Shown: positions 38,948 through 51,052, numbered from the stretch's first letter. The stretch is DNA of 64,000 nucleotides from a bacterium (GCA_965216635.1 OZ244188.1:768001-832000); one strand, 5' to 3'. A program made the numbers and translations. The notes: generated from the letters alone by a model not told the origin.

Positions 38948-41900
38948 AGCTTACTGATACCAAAATAATACTCTTCTTCTCCAATAATGATAGGTTGTAG
39001 GTTTTTGTCTTTGCTTTCTGTTTCTAGTTCTGTGATTTTTTCGCTAAGAGTTTCTTGTTTGAGGTAGTCTTCAAAACTACGGATAGCCGTAGAAAGTAGC
39101 TTGTTTTTCACAAATTCTATAGAAATTCTATCGGTTACTTCTAGCCCTGTATCTTTTCTTTTTTGTTGCACTTGTCTTATAAAATCTCGTATCAATCCTT
39201 CTTGCAACAGTTTTTCGTCTAGTTCAACATCTAAAACTACAGTGATATTTTGATAGCTTTCAATGAGTAGGTTGTCTCCGCTACTTTGTCTGTCAAAAAT
39301 CAGGTCTTCTTTGTTTAAGCTAAAAGATTCTTCTTCTACAGAAAAGGAGTAAGTATTTCCTTTATAAATTTCAAAAAGTTCAACGGAAGATATATTCTTT
39401 ATCGCGTGAGAAACTTGCTTCATATGTTTTCCGTAACGTGGTCCCAAAAGTGGCAGGTTGGGTCTTGCACTGAGTTTTACCAGTTTTTCTTCGTTTTCTA
39501 AAAAGGCGACTTCTTTCACATTGAGTTCTTCGCAAATCAGCTCGCTCATACTTTGGACTAGTTTTTTTAAATTTTTTTCAGAGGATACCAACGTAATTTT
39601 AGGCAAAGGTTGTCGTAATCTAATCTCAGATTGTGCCCTAAGTTGTCTACCAAGAGAAACTATTTGAATGATTTTATCCATTTCATCGTTTAGTTTTTCA
39701 TCTATCCAATTTTCATTAGGCTTTGGAAATTCACAAAGATGAACGCTAATAGGTGAACGTTTTTCATCAAGATCTTGTCTTCTGATATTAAAATAAATTT
39801 TTTCTGTTAAAAAAGGTATAAAAGGGGCAAGCACCAAGCATAGTTTTCTTAAAACTTCATAAAGACAGAAATAGGCTTGCTCTTTGTTTTCATAATATTC
39901 TAAATCTGAATTAGCTTTCCAAAAACGGCGACGGTTACAGCGGATATACCAATTTGTAAGTTGGTCAATAAAAACCAAAAAAGGCTGAACAGCACGATTG
40001 ATATCGTAATCGTCCATTGTTTCTCTAACTTGCTTAATAAGACTATGCAGTTTAGAAACAATCCATCTATCTATGTCTTTATGTAAAATATTTTTTAATT
40101 CGTTTTTATCGGTAGGAATTTCCTCTATTTCTATATTCTCATCCGATGTTTTTATAAAAGTATCAAAATCAAGAAGTTTTTGTGGAGTGAAATTATCAAT
40201 TTCAGAGTAGGTTTTATAAAAAACATAAACATTCCACAAAGGGATGAGATAGTTTTTTGCTGTCTCTTTGAGTAGTGCTTCAGAAAAACAATATTCTTCT
40301 GCTTTTACGGCAGCACAATTTAAAAGGTAGAGTCTGATAGCATCCGCTCCGTATTTTGCTATTAACAGATTGGGATCGGGATAATTTTTTAAAGACTTAC
40401 TCATTTTCTTGCCGTCTTCTGCGAGTAGCAATCCACTGACAATAATGTTTTTAAAAGCACATTTTCCAAAAAGAGCGTTGCTTAAAACAATGAGAGTATA
40501 AAACCAGCCTCGTGTCTGGTCTAATCCTTCGCTGATAAAATCGGCGGGAAAAGCTTTGTCAAATTTTTCCTTATTCTCATACGGATAGTGCTCCTGTCCG
40601 TAAGGCATAGATCCCGATTCAAACCAACAGTCCAAAACTTCGCTTGTTCTTCGCATGATCTTTTGGCACTTAGGACAAGGAAAAGTTAAGTCATCAATAA
40701 AGTGGCGATGGAGATCTGTGATTTTTTTACCTGTTTTTTCTTCTAGCTCTTGTCTACTTCCCAAACATTCTTTTTCTCCGCAAAATTCACAAATCCAAAC
40801 AGGAATGGGAGTTCCCCAATAGCGATTGCGACTAATAGACCAATCTTTGGCTGATTCTAGCCATTTACCCATTCTGCCATTTTTGATGTGTTCGGGTTTC
40901 CAGTGGACTGATTGGTTGTTTTTCAGCATCGTTTCTTTAAATTCTGTTACTGCGACAAACCAGCTAGGAATAGCCCGATAGATAAGGGGAGTATCGCTAC
41001 GCCAACAAAAAGGATAACTATGTTCAATAGTGCTTTGGTGAAATAAAAAACCTGCTTTTTTAAGAGCTGTCATAATCGGTTTGTCTGCGTCTTTGAAATA
41101 AAGCCCTTGAAGATTGAGTTTTTTGGCAGATACAGTTTCATCAAAATAGCCACTAGAATTTAATGGTAAAACTTCGGGCAGGTTGTGTTTTTTCCCTATT
41201 TCAAAATCGTCTTCTCCAAACATAGGGGCACAATGAACTATTCCAGTTCCTGATTCTTCGCTAACAAAATCACCGTCAAAAATTTGAAAAGCGTTTTGTG
41301 TCCTATATTTTTCAAAATAAGGAAATACTGGTTTGTATTTTTCTCCTAGCAATTCAGCACCCAGCATTGTAGCTTTAATTTCAAAATTTTCCTTGAAATA
41401 TTTGGGAACTAAAGATTCGGCTAGATAGTAAAATTTTTCTTTGCTTGCTACTTTGGCGTATCGGATTTTTGGATGGACGCTCAAAGCTAGATTGGAAGGA
41501 ATAGTCCAAGGAGTTGTTGTCCAAGCTAAAAAATATTCGTTCTCGCAATGTTCATTTTTGTGGGCTAGTTTTTGAAAAGCAACCACAATGGAAGGGTCTT
41601 GCACATTTTTATAACCAAGATTGACCTCAAAATTAGAAAGAGGAGTGTGCAATCTTGTGCTGTAAGCGAGGATTTTGCTACCTTGATAAATGAGTTTTTT
41701 TTCCCAAAGTCTTTTGAAAACCCACCAGATAGATTCCATAAAATTCAAATCCATAGTCTTGTAGGGATTTTCTAAATCCGCCCAGCGTCCCATCCTCTTT
41801 ACATTTTTTTTCCATTCTTCAGTGTAGCGTAAAACAATGCTACGGCAGTATTCGTTGAACTTCGCTATCCCCATTTTTTCTATATCTTGCTTGCCTTTCA

Positions 41901-42207
41901 ATCCGAGTTCTTTTTCTGCTTCAAATTCTATAGGTAAACCGTGACAATCCCAACCAAAACGACGTTCTACTTTTTTGCCGAGCATAGTCTGATAACGAGG
42001 AATAACATCTTTGATAGTCCCAGCTAAAATATGTCCGTAGTGAGGAAGTCCTGTTGCGAAAGGAGGACCATCATAAAAAAAATAACGATTAGCCTCATCT
42101 TTTTCTTCTACTGATCGCCTGAAAATATGATTTTTTTCCCAAAATTCTAAAATGGATTCTTCCATTTTAGCAAAATCCGTTTGAGAACTGATTTTTTCAA
42201 ATTGCAT
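38938..42207 (-). CDS. ileS: Isoleucyl-tRNA synthetase, type 2
   Basis: YDGPPFATGLPHYGH, GWDCHGLP, WTTTPWT, SRNRYWGTP, KMSKS; start moved to ATG 42207 because the ORF-track start lies in a MITE. Confidence 0.97.
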   Translation of the reverse strand: MQFEKISSQTDFAKMEESILEFWEKNHIFRRSVEEKDEANRYFFYDGPPFATGLPHYGHILAGTIKDVIPRYQTMLGKKVERRFGWDCHGLPIEFEAEKELGLKGKQDIEKMGIAKFNEYCRSIVLRYTEEWKKNVKRMGRWADLENPYKTMDLNFMESIWWVFKRLWEKKLIYQGSKILAYSTRLHTPLSNFEVNLGYKNVQDPSIVVAFQKLAHKNEHCENEYFLAWTTTPWTIPSNLALSVHPKIRYAKVASKEKFYYLAESLVPKYFKENFEIKATMLGAELLGEKYKPVFPYFEKYRTQNAFQIFDGDFVSEESGTGIVHCAPMFGEDDFEIGKKHNLPEVLPLNSSGYFDETVSAKKLNLQGLYFKDADKPIMTALKKAGFLFHQSTIEHSYPFCWRSDTPLIYRAIPSWFVAVTEFKETMLKNNQSVHWKPEHIKNGRMGKWLESAKDWSISRNRYWGTPIPVWICEFCGEKECLGSRQELEEKTGKKITDLHRHFIDDLTFPCPKCQKIMRRTSEVLDCWFESGSMPYGQEHYPYENKEKFDKAFPADFISEGLDQTRGWFYTLIVLSNALFGKCAFKNIIVSGLLLAEDGKKMSKSLKNYPDPNLLIAKYGADAIRLYLLNCAAVKAEEYCFSEALLKETAKNYLIPLWNVYVFYKTYSEIDNFTPQKLLDFDTFIKTSDENIEIEEIPTDKNELKNILHKDIDRWIVSKLHSLIKQVRETMDDYDINRAVQPFLVFIDQLTNWYIRCNRRRFWKANSDLEYYENKEQAYFCLYEVLRKLCLVLAPFIPFLTEKIYFNIRRQDLDEKRSPISVHLCEFPKPNENWIDEKLNDEMDKIIQIVSLGRQLRAQSEIRLRQPLPKITLVSSEKNLKKLVQSMSELICEELNVKEVAFLENEEKLVKLSARPNLPLLGPRYGKHMKQVSHAIKNISSVELFEIYKGNTYSFSVEEESFSLNKEDLIFDRQSSGDNLLIESYQNITVVLDVELDEKLLQEGLIRDFIRQVQQKRKDTGLEVTDRISIEFVKNKLLSTAIRSFEDYLKQETLSEKITELETESKDKNLQPIIIGEEEYYFGISKLDF

Positions 42208-42236
42208 AAATTTTGAAGAGATTTTTTGCATTATGG

Positions 42237-42490
42237 AGACCTTTGAATTTGCCAAATAGGACAAAACCAGCTGCGACGGCTAGGCAAGACGAAATTTTTT
42301 TTAGCTCGCTGGAATATATGTAATATTTCAAGAGTTAAAAAAAATTTTCAACGGCGTAATGAAAAACACTACAAACCTTGCATACTCCAAAAAAGGAGTG
42401 CAAAAGAGCCACTGGCTCTTTTGCTAAAGCCCGTATAGAGTGAAAGCAATAAGCTTGTTTTGGCTAAACAGAACGTTAATGCAAAGATCT
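42237..42490. mobile_element. MITE-like element, long composite copy
   Basis: Left TIR AGACCTTTGAATTTGC, degenerate right TIR, extra internal palindrome gcaaaagagcca-c-tggctcttttgc. Confidence 0.75.
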
Positions 42491-42574
42491 CTTTAGATGA
42501 TAAATTGAGTTTAGTAATAGACTAGCCCAATCTGAAAAAAAATTCAATTTGCTTTTTCTTAAATAAAAAAATAT

Positions 42575-42754
42575 AGATCTTTGAATTTGCCAAATAGGAC
42601 AAAACCAGCTGTGACGGTTAGCCAAATGGTTAGAACAGGTGCGAAAAAAAATTTTAGCTCGTAGGAATACTGAAGAGCATTTCTTCATAAATGGCAAGAG
42701 TTAAAAAATTTTTTCGCCTTGCCTAGCCGTCACATCAGCGAAATTCAAAGGTCT
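42575..42754. mobile_element. MITE-like element
   Basis: Both TIRs and the reverse-orientation core. Confidence 0.85.
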
Positions 42755-42883
42755 AGTGTTTACTTTTTTGGTTTATTTTAAAATCGCCTAAAATAAATTT
42801 TTTTTTTAAATTTATTGCAATTTACATAAATAATGGGCTATTTTTAAATTTGATTCTTAATTTAAACTTAATTTATTATTCTC

Positions 42884-44500
42884 ATGTTTATAAAAACAAA
42901 AAAAATGCTAACAAAATCTAGGATTTTATTAGCTTTCATCTCTATTGGTTTTATCTTTTCCAGTTATTCTTGTTCTACAACAAGCTATCAGAAAGATAAA
43001 ACATATAAAATAACCGTTTTACATACGAACGACCATCACGGTAGATTTTGGAAAAACAAACGTAATGAATACGGTATGGCTGCGCGTAAAACCTTGATTG
43101 ATTCTATCCGCCAAGAAGTCCAAGCAAATGGAGGGAATCTGTTGCTTTTGTCTGGTGGAGATATTAACACTGGTGTTCCAGAATCTGACTTGCAAGACGC
43201 AGAACCAGATTTTAAAGGCATGAATAAAATAGGTTACGATGCTATGGCGTTAGGAAATCACGAATTTGATAATTCTTTAGCAGTTTTAAAAAAACAGAGC
43301 GGGTGGGCTGGTTTTCCTTTTCTTTCCGCAAATGTGGTGACAAAAAAAAACGGGAAACTTTTGTATCAATCGCATATTATCAAAAAAATTGGAGGTTTGA
43401 AAATTGCAATTGTAGGTTTCACAACAAAAGATACTAAAATTATTGGTAATCCTCAATTTATAGGAGACTTGGATTTTTTAGACCCCATTGAAGTAGGTAA
43501 AAAACTCATACCTCGTTTGAAGCAGGAAAACGACCTAGTGTTTGCTGTTACCCACATGGGACACTACGCCAACGCAGAGTATGGTGGAAATGCACCAGGT
43601 GATATTTCTCTGGCAAGAGCTGTTGAGGGATTAGATCTAATTGTAGGAGGTCATTCTCAAAATCCGTTGTTTGAGCCAGATGTTCAAAACGGAACGCTCA
43701 TTTTACAGGCTTATGAGTGGGGCAAATATGTAGGTAGGCTAGACCTAGTTTTTCGCAATGGAGAGTTAAAAAAACAAAACTACCGTTTGATTCCTGTCAA
43801 TTTAACCAAGAAAATCAAAAATGAAGAAGGCAAGAAAGTGCGTGTTTTGATAGAAGAAGAAATCCTAGAAGATTCTGAAATGAAAACTTTCTTGAAACCA
43901 TTTTTTGACAAAGGGCAACAAGAATTACAAAAAATTATCGGCTCTAGTGATAAACTTTTTGTGGGAGATAGAAAATTTGTGCGAGTTCAAGAAACCAACC
44001 TAGGCAATCTTATTGCTCTAGCTCAAATGGAAAAAACCAATTCTGATTTATCTGTTATGAATTCGGGAGGTATCCGTGCAGATTTAGAAGCTGGAGACAT
44101 AACATATAAAGATGTTTTGATAGTCCAGCCTTTCGCCAATACCCTTTGTTCAGTGCTCTTAACGGGTGCTGAATTAAAAAAATACCTTGAGGTAGTTGGT
44201 AATAAAGAAAAAGGTTCAGGTGCTTTTCCACAATTTGCTGGAGTGAAACTTTATTATAATGGTAGCAAATTGGTGAATTTGGAAGTTCAAGGAAAAAAAA
44301 TAAAAAATACCCAAATGTATAAAATTTCTATCAATAGCTATATTGCATCAGGTGGAGATGGTTATCCTAAATTGAGCGACCATCCTAATTTTGTGGATAC
44401 GGGTTATGTAGATGCTGATATGCTGCGAGAATATATTAGTAAAAAATCTCCCTTGAAAGTAGAGGATTACAAACCTAGTAATGATTTAATACGTAACTAA
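42884..44500 (+). CDS. ushA: 5'-nucleotidase / UDP-sugar hydrolase (lipoprotein)
   Basis: HTNDHHG, GDINTGVPESD, GNHEFD, THMGH, GGHSQ, NSGGIR. Confidence 0.93.
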   Translation: MFIKTKKMLTKSRILLAFISIGFIFSSYSCSTTSYQKDKTYKITVLHTNDHHGRFWKNKRNEYGMAARKTLIDSIRQEVQANGGNLLLLSGGDINTGVPESDLQDAEPDFKGMNKIGYDAMALGNHEFDNSLAVLKKQSGWAGFPFLSANVVTKKNGKLLYQSHIIKKIGGLKIAIVGFTTKDTKIIGNPQFIGDLDFLDPIEVGKKLIPRLKQENDLVFAVTHMGHYANAEYGGNAPGDISLARAVEGLDLIVGGHSQNPLFEPDVQNGTLILQAYEWGKYVGRLDLVFRNGELKKQNYRLIPVNLTKKIKNEEGKKVRVLIEEEILEDSEMKTFLKPFFDKGQQELQKIIGSSDKLFVGDRKFVRVQETNLGNLIALAQMEKTNSDLSVMNSGGIRADLEAGDITYKDVLIVQPFANTLCSVLLTGAELKKYLEVVGNKEKGSGAFPQFAGVKLYYNGSKLVNLEVQGKKIKNTQMYKISINSYIASGGDGYPKLSDHPNFVDTGYVDADMLREYISKKSPLKVEDYKPSNDLIRN

Positions 44501-44682
44501 ACCTTTGAATTTGCCAAATAGGACAAAACCAGCTGTGACGGATAGGCAAATAGTTAGAACAGGTGCAAAAAAAAATTTTAGCTCGCAGGAATACTGGAGA
44601 GCATTTCTTCACAAATGGCAAGAGTTAAATTTTTTTTTTAACGATTGCTTTGGCTAAACTAGACAAGCAAATTCAAAAGTCT
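44499..44682. mobile_element. MITE-like element abutting the ushA stop
   Basis: Near reverse complement of 6584-6765. Confidence 0.85.
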
Positions 44683-44721
44683 AGTAACTAAATAACAGAA
44701 AAAACCTTTCAATATGATAGG

Positions 44722-44902
44722 AGACCTTTGAATTTGCCAAATAGGACAAAACCAGCTGTGACGGCTAGCCAAATGGTTAGAACAGGTGCAAAAAAAAATT
44801 TTAGTTTGCAGGAATACTGGAGAGCATTTCTTCACAAATGGCAAGAGTTAAAAAAAATTTTTAACGCTGCATAGGCTAAACAGAATGCAAATTCAAAAGT
44901 CT
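44722..44902. mobile_element. MITE-like element
   Basis: Direct repeat of 44499-44682 with both TIRs. Confidence 0.85.
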
Positions 44903-45145
44903 CAATAGGAAAAAAACTTGCTGTTTTACTGTTATTTGTTTCAGCAGTAGTTTCCGTCTTTGCTAGGGGCGAAGTTGTTATTTAATAATCCCTTAAAAAA
45001 TCATTTTACCTTGTCAATACTAGGAGAAACACCTAGAAATCTAGTTATAAAAAAACCAATCTTTGAGTCTATAGTTTTATTTTCTGGTTGTTTTATTAAT
45101 TTTTTAAAACTTTAAAACAGGCAACCTTTCTTACTCAAACCTTTT

Positions 45146-45283
45146 TTAGATGCTTTTGAAGAGAGGAATAAAAAATTTGAGTAATGGCGTTTGGTTTTTC
45201 TTTTTGTAATTATAGATTGATAAAGCGATATTACCTATAATGCCAGCCACAGCTAAAGTGCTAAACAAAATAAATGCTTCCAT
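45146..45283 (-). CDS. 45-aa single-TM peptide, copy B
   Basis: MEAFILFSTLAVAGIIGNIALSIYNYKKKNQTPLLKFFIPLFKSI*. Confidence 0.55.
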   Translation of the reverse strand: MEAFILFSTLAVAGIIGNIALSIYNYKKKNQTPLLKFFIPLFKSI

Positions 45284-45287
45284 AATT

Positions 45288-45395
45288 TTATCTTTTAGAT
45301 TTGTTTTTTTTCTTTTTGTAATTATAGATTGATAAAGCAATATTACCTATAATACCAGCCACAGCTAAAGTGCTAAATAAAATAAATGCTTCCAT
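45288..45395 (-). CDS. 35-aa single-TM peptide, copy A
   Basis: MEAFILFSTLAVAGIIGNIALSIYNYKKKKNKSKR*; the copies differ only by synonymous changes over the shared 29 codons. Confidence 0.6.
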   Translation of the reverse strand: MEAFILFSTLAVAGIIGNIALSIYNYKKKKNKSKR

Positions 45396-45695
45396 TTTTT
45401 ATTTTTTCATTAATCTAAAACCAATAATAGCTATTAAAAAGGTAGCTATTCCTCCTGCTAATAAAATTGTTAGTCTTGAGAATCCTTCCAATTCAAATAT
45501 TCTGCTATCTTAGTTTTCATTTATATTAATATTTATTATTAGCCTGTTCTAGTTTTAGAAAATATAATTCACAAGCTATTTTTTAGCAAATTAGTAATCC
45601 TATCTATTGCAAAATAATCTACAAAAAAAAAACCCAAAGGTAAAGATAAAAATCTTTAGCCTCTGGGTTTCTTTTTTTAAAAAAAAACTAAAGTT

Positions 45696-46061
45696 TTAGT
45701 CTATTAACTGAGGTTTTTTAAGTTTTGGTTCACTATCAAAAACACAGGTAAGATTATCTGCATTATCAATAAAAGCAACTAATGTATTACCGTGTTTTTT
45801 GTACTCTTTAATATTCACAGATTCTCCAATTTTTTTCTTAATTTCTTTTGCACAAGATTTTTCTCTTATCTTCTCAATAAGGCTAATTTCTGTTTTTAAA
45901 GTGGAAATAGTTTTTTCTAAACTAGAAATATTTTTTTCTAAACTAGAAATATTTTTTTCTAATTTATCAATTTCTTTTTTTTTCTTTGGAAAGGCAGTCT
46001 CGTGTATATAATCACAAGAAAATAGGAAAAAAATAATACCTAAAAATAGTATGAATTTCAT
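45696..46061 (-). CDS. Small lipoprotein with heptad repeats (LEKNISS)
   Basis: MKFILFLGIIFFLFSC lipobox; 21-bp tandem repeats near 45903-45966; start moved to ATG 46061. Confidence 0.7.
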   Translation of the reverse strand: MKFILFLGIIFFLFSCDYIHETAFPKKKKEIDKLEKNISSLEKNISSLEKTISTLKTEISLIEKIREKSCAKEIKKKIGESVNIKEYKKHGNTLVAFIDNADNLTCVFDSEPKLKKPQLID

Positions 46062-46189
46062 TTTAAATGCTTTGTTAAAGTTATTCAAAAAATACAAACC
46101 TTAAAATTTTTTAATAAAAAAATCAATAGCTACAAACAAAAAAAACAAAGGAAAAGATAAAATCTTTAATCTTTGGGTTTTCTAAAAAA

Positions 46190-46409
46190 TCAAAATCCAA
46201 AAATGTTTTGTAAAATAGGTATTACTACTGCTATTACTACCACCCCTAGCACCCATTTAATGATAGTAATTTCTTTATCAAATTTTGCTTCCAGCCTTCT
46301 AATGTCTTCTTTAGTTGCTAGTTGTTCAGCAGATAGGGCTTCAGCAGCAGCTTTTGCTTTATCTTTTTATACCAACACTAATAAAAGCCTCATAGACTTC
46401 GCTAACCAT
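46190..46409 (-). pseudogene. Frameshifted small coiled-coil + TM protein (DUF1640-like)
   Basis: MVSEVYEAFISVGIK / frameshift / DKAKAAAEALSAEQLATKEDIRRLEAKFDKEITIIKWVLGVVVIAVVIPILQNIFGF*; 220 nt = 3n+1. Confidence 0.65.
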
Positions 46410-46534
46410 TATGCTCGTAGTTCTTTTACTAAAAGAATAATATTTTCCTTAGTTGTAAATATCTTTTTTATAAAAACCCAAAGACAAAAGATAAAAATCT
46501 TTAGCCTTTGGGTTTTCTCCTAACAAGTAAAGTT

Positions 46535-46684
46535 TTAGTTATTTTTATTTTCTTTTTTATTAGGATTTTGCTGATCTCCACGATTACCTTGTGTTTGGTC
46601 GTGTTGCCTATTTGTTCCATCACTTCCTTTATTAGGATTTTGCTGATTAGCACTATTATCTCTGGGTGCTATTTTTTTGCTCAT
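46535..46684 (-). CDS. N/Q-rich peptide, copy 1 (49 aa)
   Basis: MSKKIAPRDNSANQQNPNKGSDGTNRQHDQTQGNRGDQQNPNKKENKNN*. Confidence 0.75.
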   Translation of the reverse strand: MSKKIAPRDNSANQQNPNKGSDGTNRQHDQTQGNRGDQQNPNKKENKNN

Positions 46685-46748
46685 AATAATATTTTTTATT
46701 AAAGGTTAATATTTAGTGATTCATATTATGAAACACTGAAAAAAATTA

Positions 46749-46777
46749 ATTGTAGTTGTTTTTTCTAAAAAAGTCAA
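46749..46777 (-). promoter_or_regulatory. sigma70 promoter of peptide copy 1
   Basis: TTGACT-17-TACAAT on the minus strand. Confidence 0.75.
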
Positions 46778-46866
46778 TAGAAAAAAATCACCACAAACAA
46801 AAAAACCCAAAGACAAAAGATAAAATCTTTAGCCTTTGAGCTTTCTCCTAACAAGTAAAGTTTTAG

Positions 46867-47007
46867 TTATTTTTCTTTTTTATTAGGATTTTGTTGTTTT
46901 CCACGATTACCTTGTACTTGGTCTCGCTGTTTGTTCGTTCCAGAAGTTCCTTCATTAGGATTTTGTTGATTAGAACGATTATCTTTGGGTTCTATTTTTT
47001 CACTCAT
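46867..47007 (-). CDS. N/Q-rich peptide, copy 2 (46 aa)
   Basis: MSEKIEPKDNRSNQQNPNEGTSGTNKQRDQVQGNRGKQQNPNKKEK*. Confidence 0.75.
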   Translation of the reverse strand: MSEKIEPKDNRSNQQNPNEGTSGTNKQRDQVQGNRGKQQNPNKKEK

Positions 47008-47071
47008 AATAATATTTTTTATTAAAGGTTAATATTTAGTGATTCATATTATGAAACACTGAAAAAAATTA

Positions 47072-47100
47072 ATTGTAGCTGTTTTTTCTAAAAAAGTCAA
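47072..47100 (-). promoter_or_regulatory. sigma70 promoter of peptide copy 2
   Basis: TTGACT-17-TACAAT on the minus strand. Confidence 0.75.
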
Positions 47101-47193
47101 TAGAAAAAAATAGCTACAAACAAAAAACCCAAAAGAAAAGATAAAATCTTTAGCCTTTGAGCTTTCTCCTAACAAATAAAGTTTTAGTTATTT

Positions 47194-47328
47194 TTATTTT
47201 TTATTAGGATTTTGTTGTTTTCCTTTATTACCTTGTGCTTTGTCGTAATGTGTGTTCGTTTCAGAAGTTCCTTTATTAGGATTTTGCTGATTAGCACTAT
47301 TATCTTTGGGTGCTATTTTTTTACTCAT
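47194..47328 (-). CDS. N/Q-rich peptide, copy 3 (44 aa)
   Basis: MSKKIAPKDNSANQQNPNKGTSETNTHYDKAQGNKGKQQNPNKK*. Confidence 0.75.
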   Translation of the reverse strand: MSKKIAPKDNSANQQNPNKGTSETNTHYDKAQGNKGKQQNPNKK

Positions 47329-47337
47329 TTTGATTTT

Positions 47338-47694
47338 TTATTTAGTTTTTATTACTTTTACTAAATTACCTATTACAACAACACAATTTCGAAAAGGAGG
47401 ATTCGTAACTTCAATACGCACATTAACTAGCAAGTCTCCATCTATCCCTTTTTTTTGACCTGTTTCTATTGCATCATCCATCGCTCTTCGGAGCCTATCA
47501 TCTTGAGACCCAAATGTAAAAATGAAACTAGTTATGCAACTTTTACCTTTTACTCTCTTTTTTGCAGGTTCTGAATAATTTAGATTTCGTACATTAAATG
47601 AGGAAGCAACTGTAAAATCTCCAAGTCGATAAGGAGAACAACCAACAAAAACTATAGAAATCAATAGTAAGAGTATTAATTTTCTAATTTTCAT
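47338..47694 (-). CDS. Small hypothetical lipoprotein
   Basis: Lipobox FVGC plus two further Cys; RLGDFTVAS. Confidence 0.75.
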   Translation of the reverse strand: MKIRKLILLLLISIVFVGCSPYRLGDFTVASSFNVRNLNYSEPAKKRVKGKSCITSFIFTFGSQDDRLRRAMDDAIETGQKKGIDGDLLVNVRIEVTNPPFRNCVVVIGNLVKVIKTK

Positions 47695-47933
47695 ATTATT
47701 TTATATTTAAAGGTTAAAATTTAGTGTTTCAATATAAAAACATCATAAAAACAAGAGTATAGTATTTTTATAAAAAAATCACCATAAACAAAAAAACCCA
47801 AAGACAAAAGATAAAATCTTTAGCCCCTGGGTTTTAACGCCATTGCTAAATGACAAAATTGGAAGCTATTTGGTGAAATGAAATTATTTTTAGTCAATAA
47901 ACAGAGTTTGTTGCCTAATTAAAATTTCAAGAA

Positions 47934-50866
<2,933 letters not shown>

Positions 50867-50964
50867 TTTTTTTCTTGAGAGATATTTCAAATAAAAAGCC
50901 TATTTCACCGAAGTAAAACAGCCTATTCATTTAAAAAGTCTCTAACTGAAATAGCTTCCAACAA

Positions 50965-51052
50965 TGTCAAAGAACAAGTTCTTCTTAAAAAGAGAATTTC
51001 TCTTTTTTGTGAATGAGTTAACACTCTAACTGAAAAAAGTTTATTTTGTCAA
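50965..51052 (-). promoter_or_regulatory. Dedicated 23S promoter and boxA
   Basis: TTGACA-18-TAGAGT (51052-51023) and TGTTCTTTGACA (50976-50965). Confidence 0.7.

Larger units (their letters stand above)
45629..47835 (-). repeat. Six dispersed copies of a ~45-bp terminator-like hairpin (about 45629, 46142, 46473, 46801, 47123, 47793)
   Basis: Consensus aaaacccaaagacaaaagat-aaa-atctttagcctttgggtttt; five copies have a T run after them on the minus strand (shorter at 46473). Confidence 0.9.

Noticed and set aside
42208..42264. ORF-track N-terminal extension of ileS
   Set aside because: Starts inside a MITE terminus
42476..44844. ORFs 42476-42697 and 44659-44844
   Set aside because: Translations of MITE sequence
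46173..46702. Plus-strand ORFs 46173-46523 and 46508-46702
   Set aside because: Antisense to minus-strand genes that have matching promoters, paralogs or terminators
45629..47835. Repeat array as a CRISPR
   Set aside because: Spacing is 320-670 bp, the intervals contain genes, the repeats are degenerate, and no cas genes are present
47836..47933. 5S rRNA or tRNA after 23S
   Set aside because: Too short and AT-rich, with no conserved motifs
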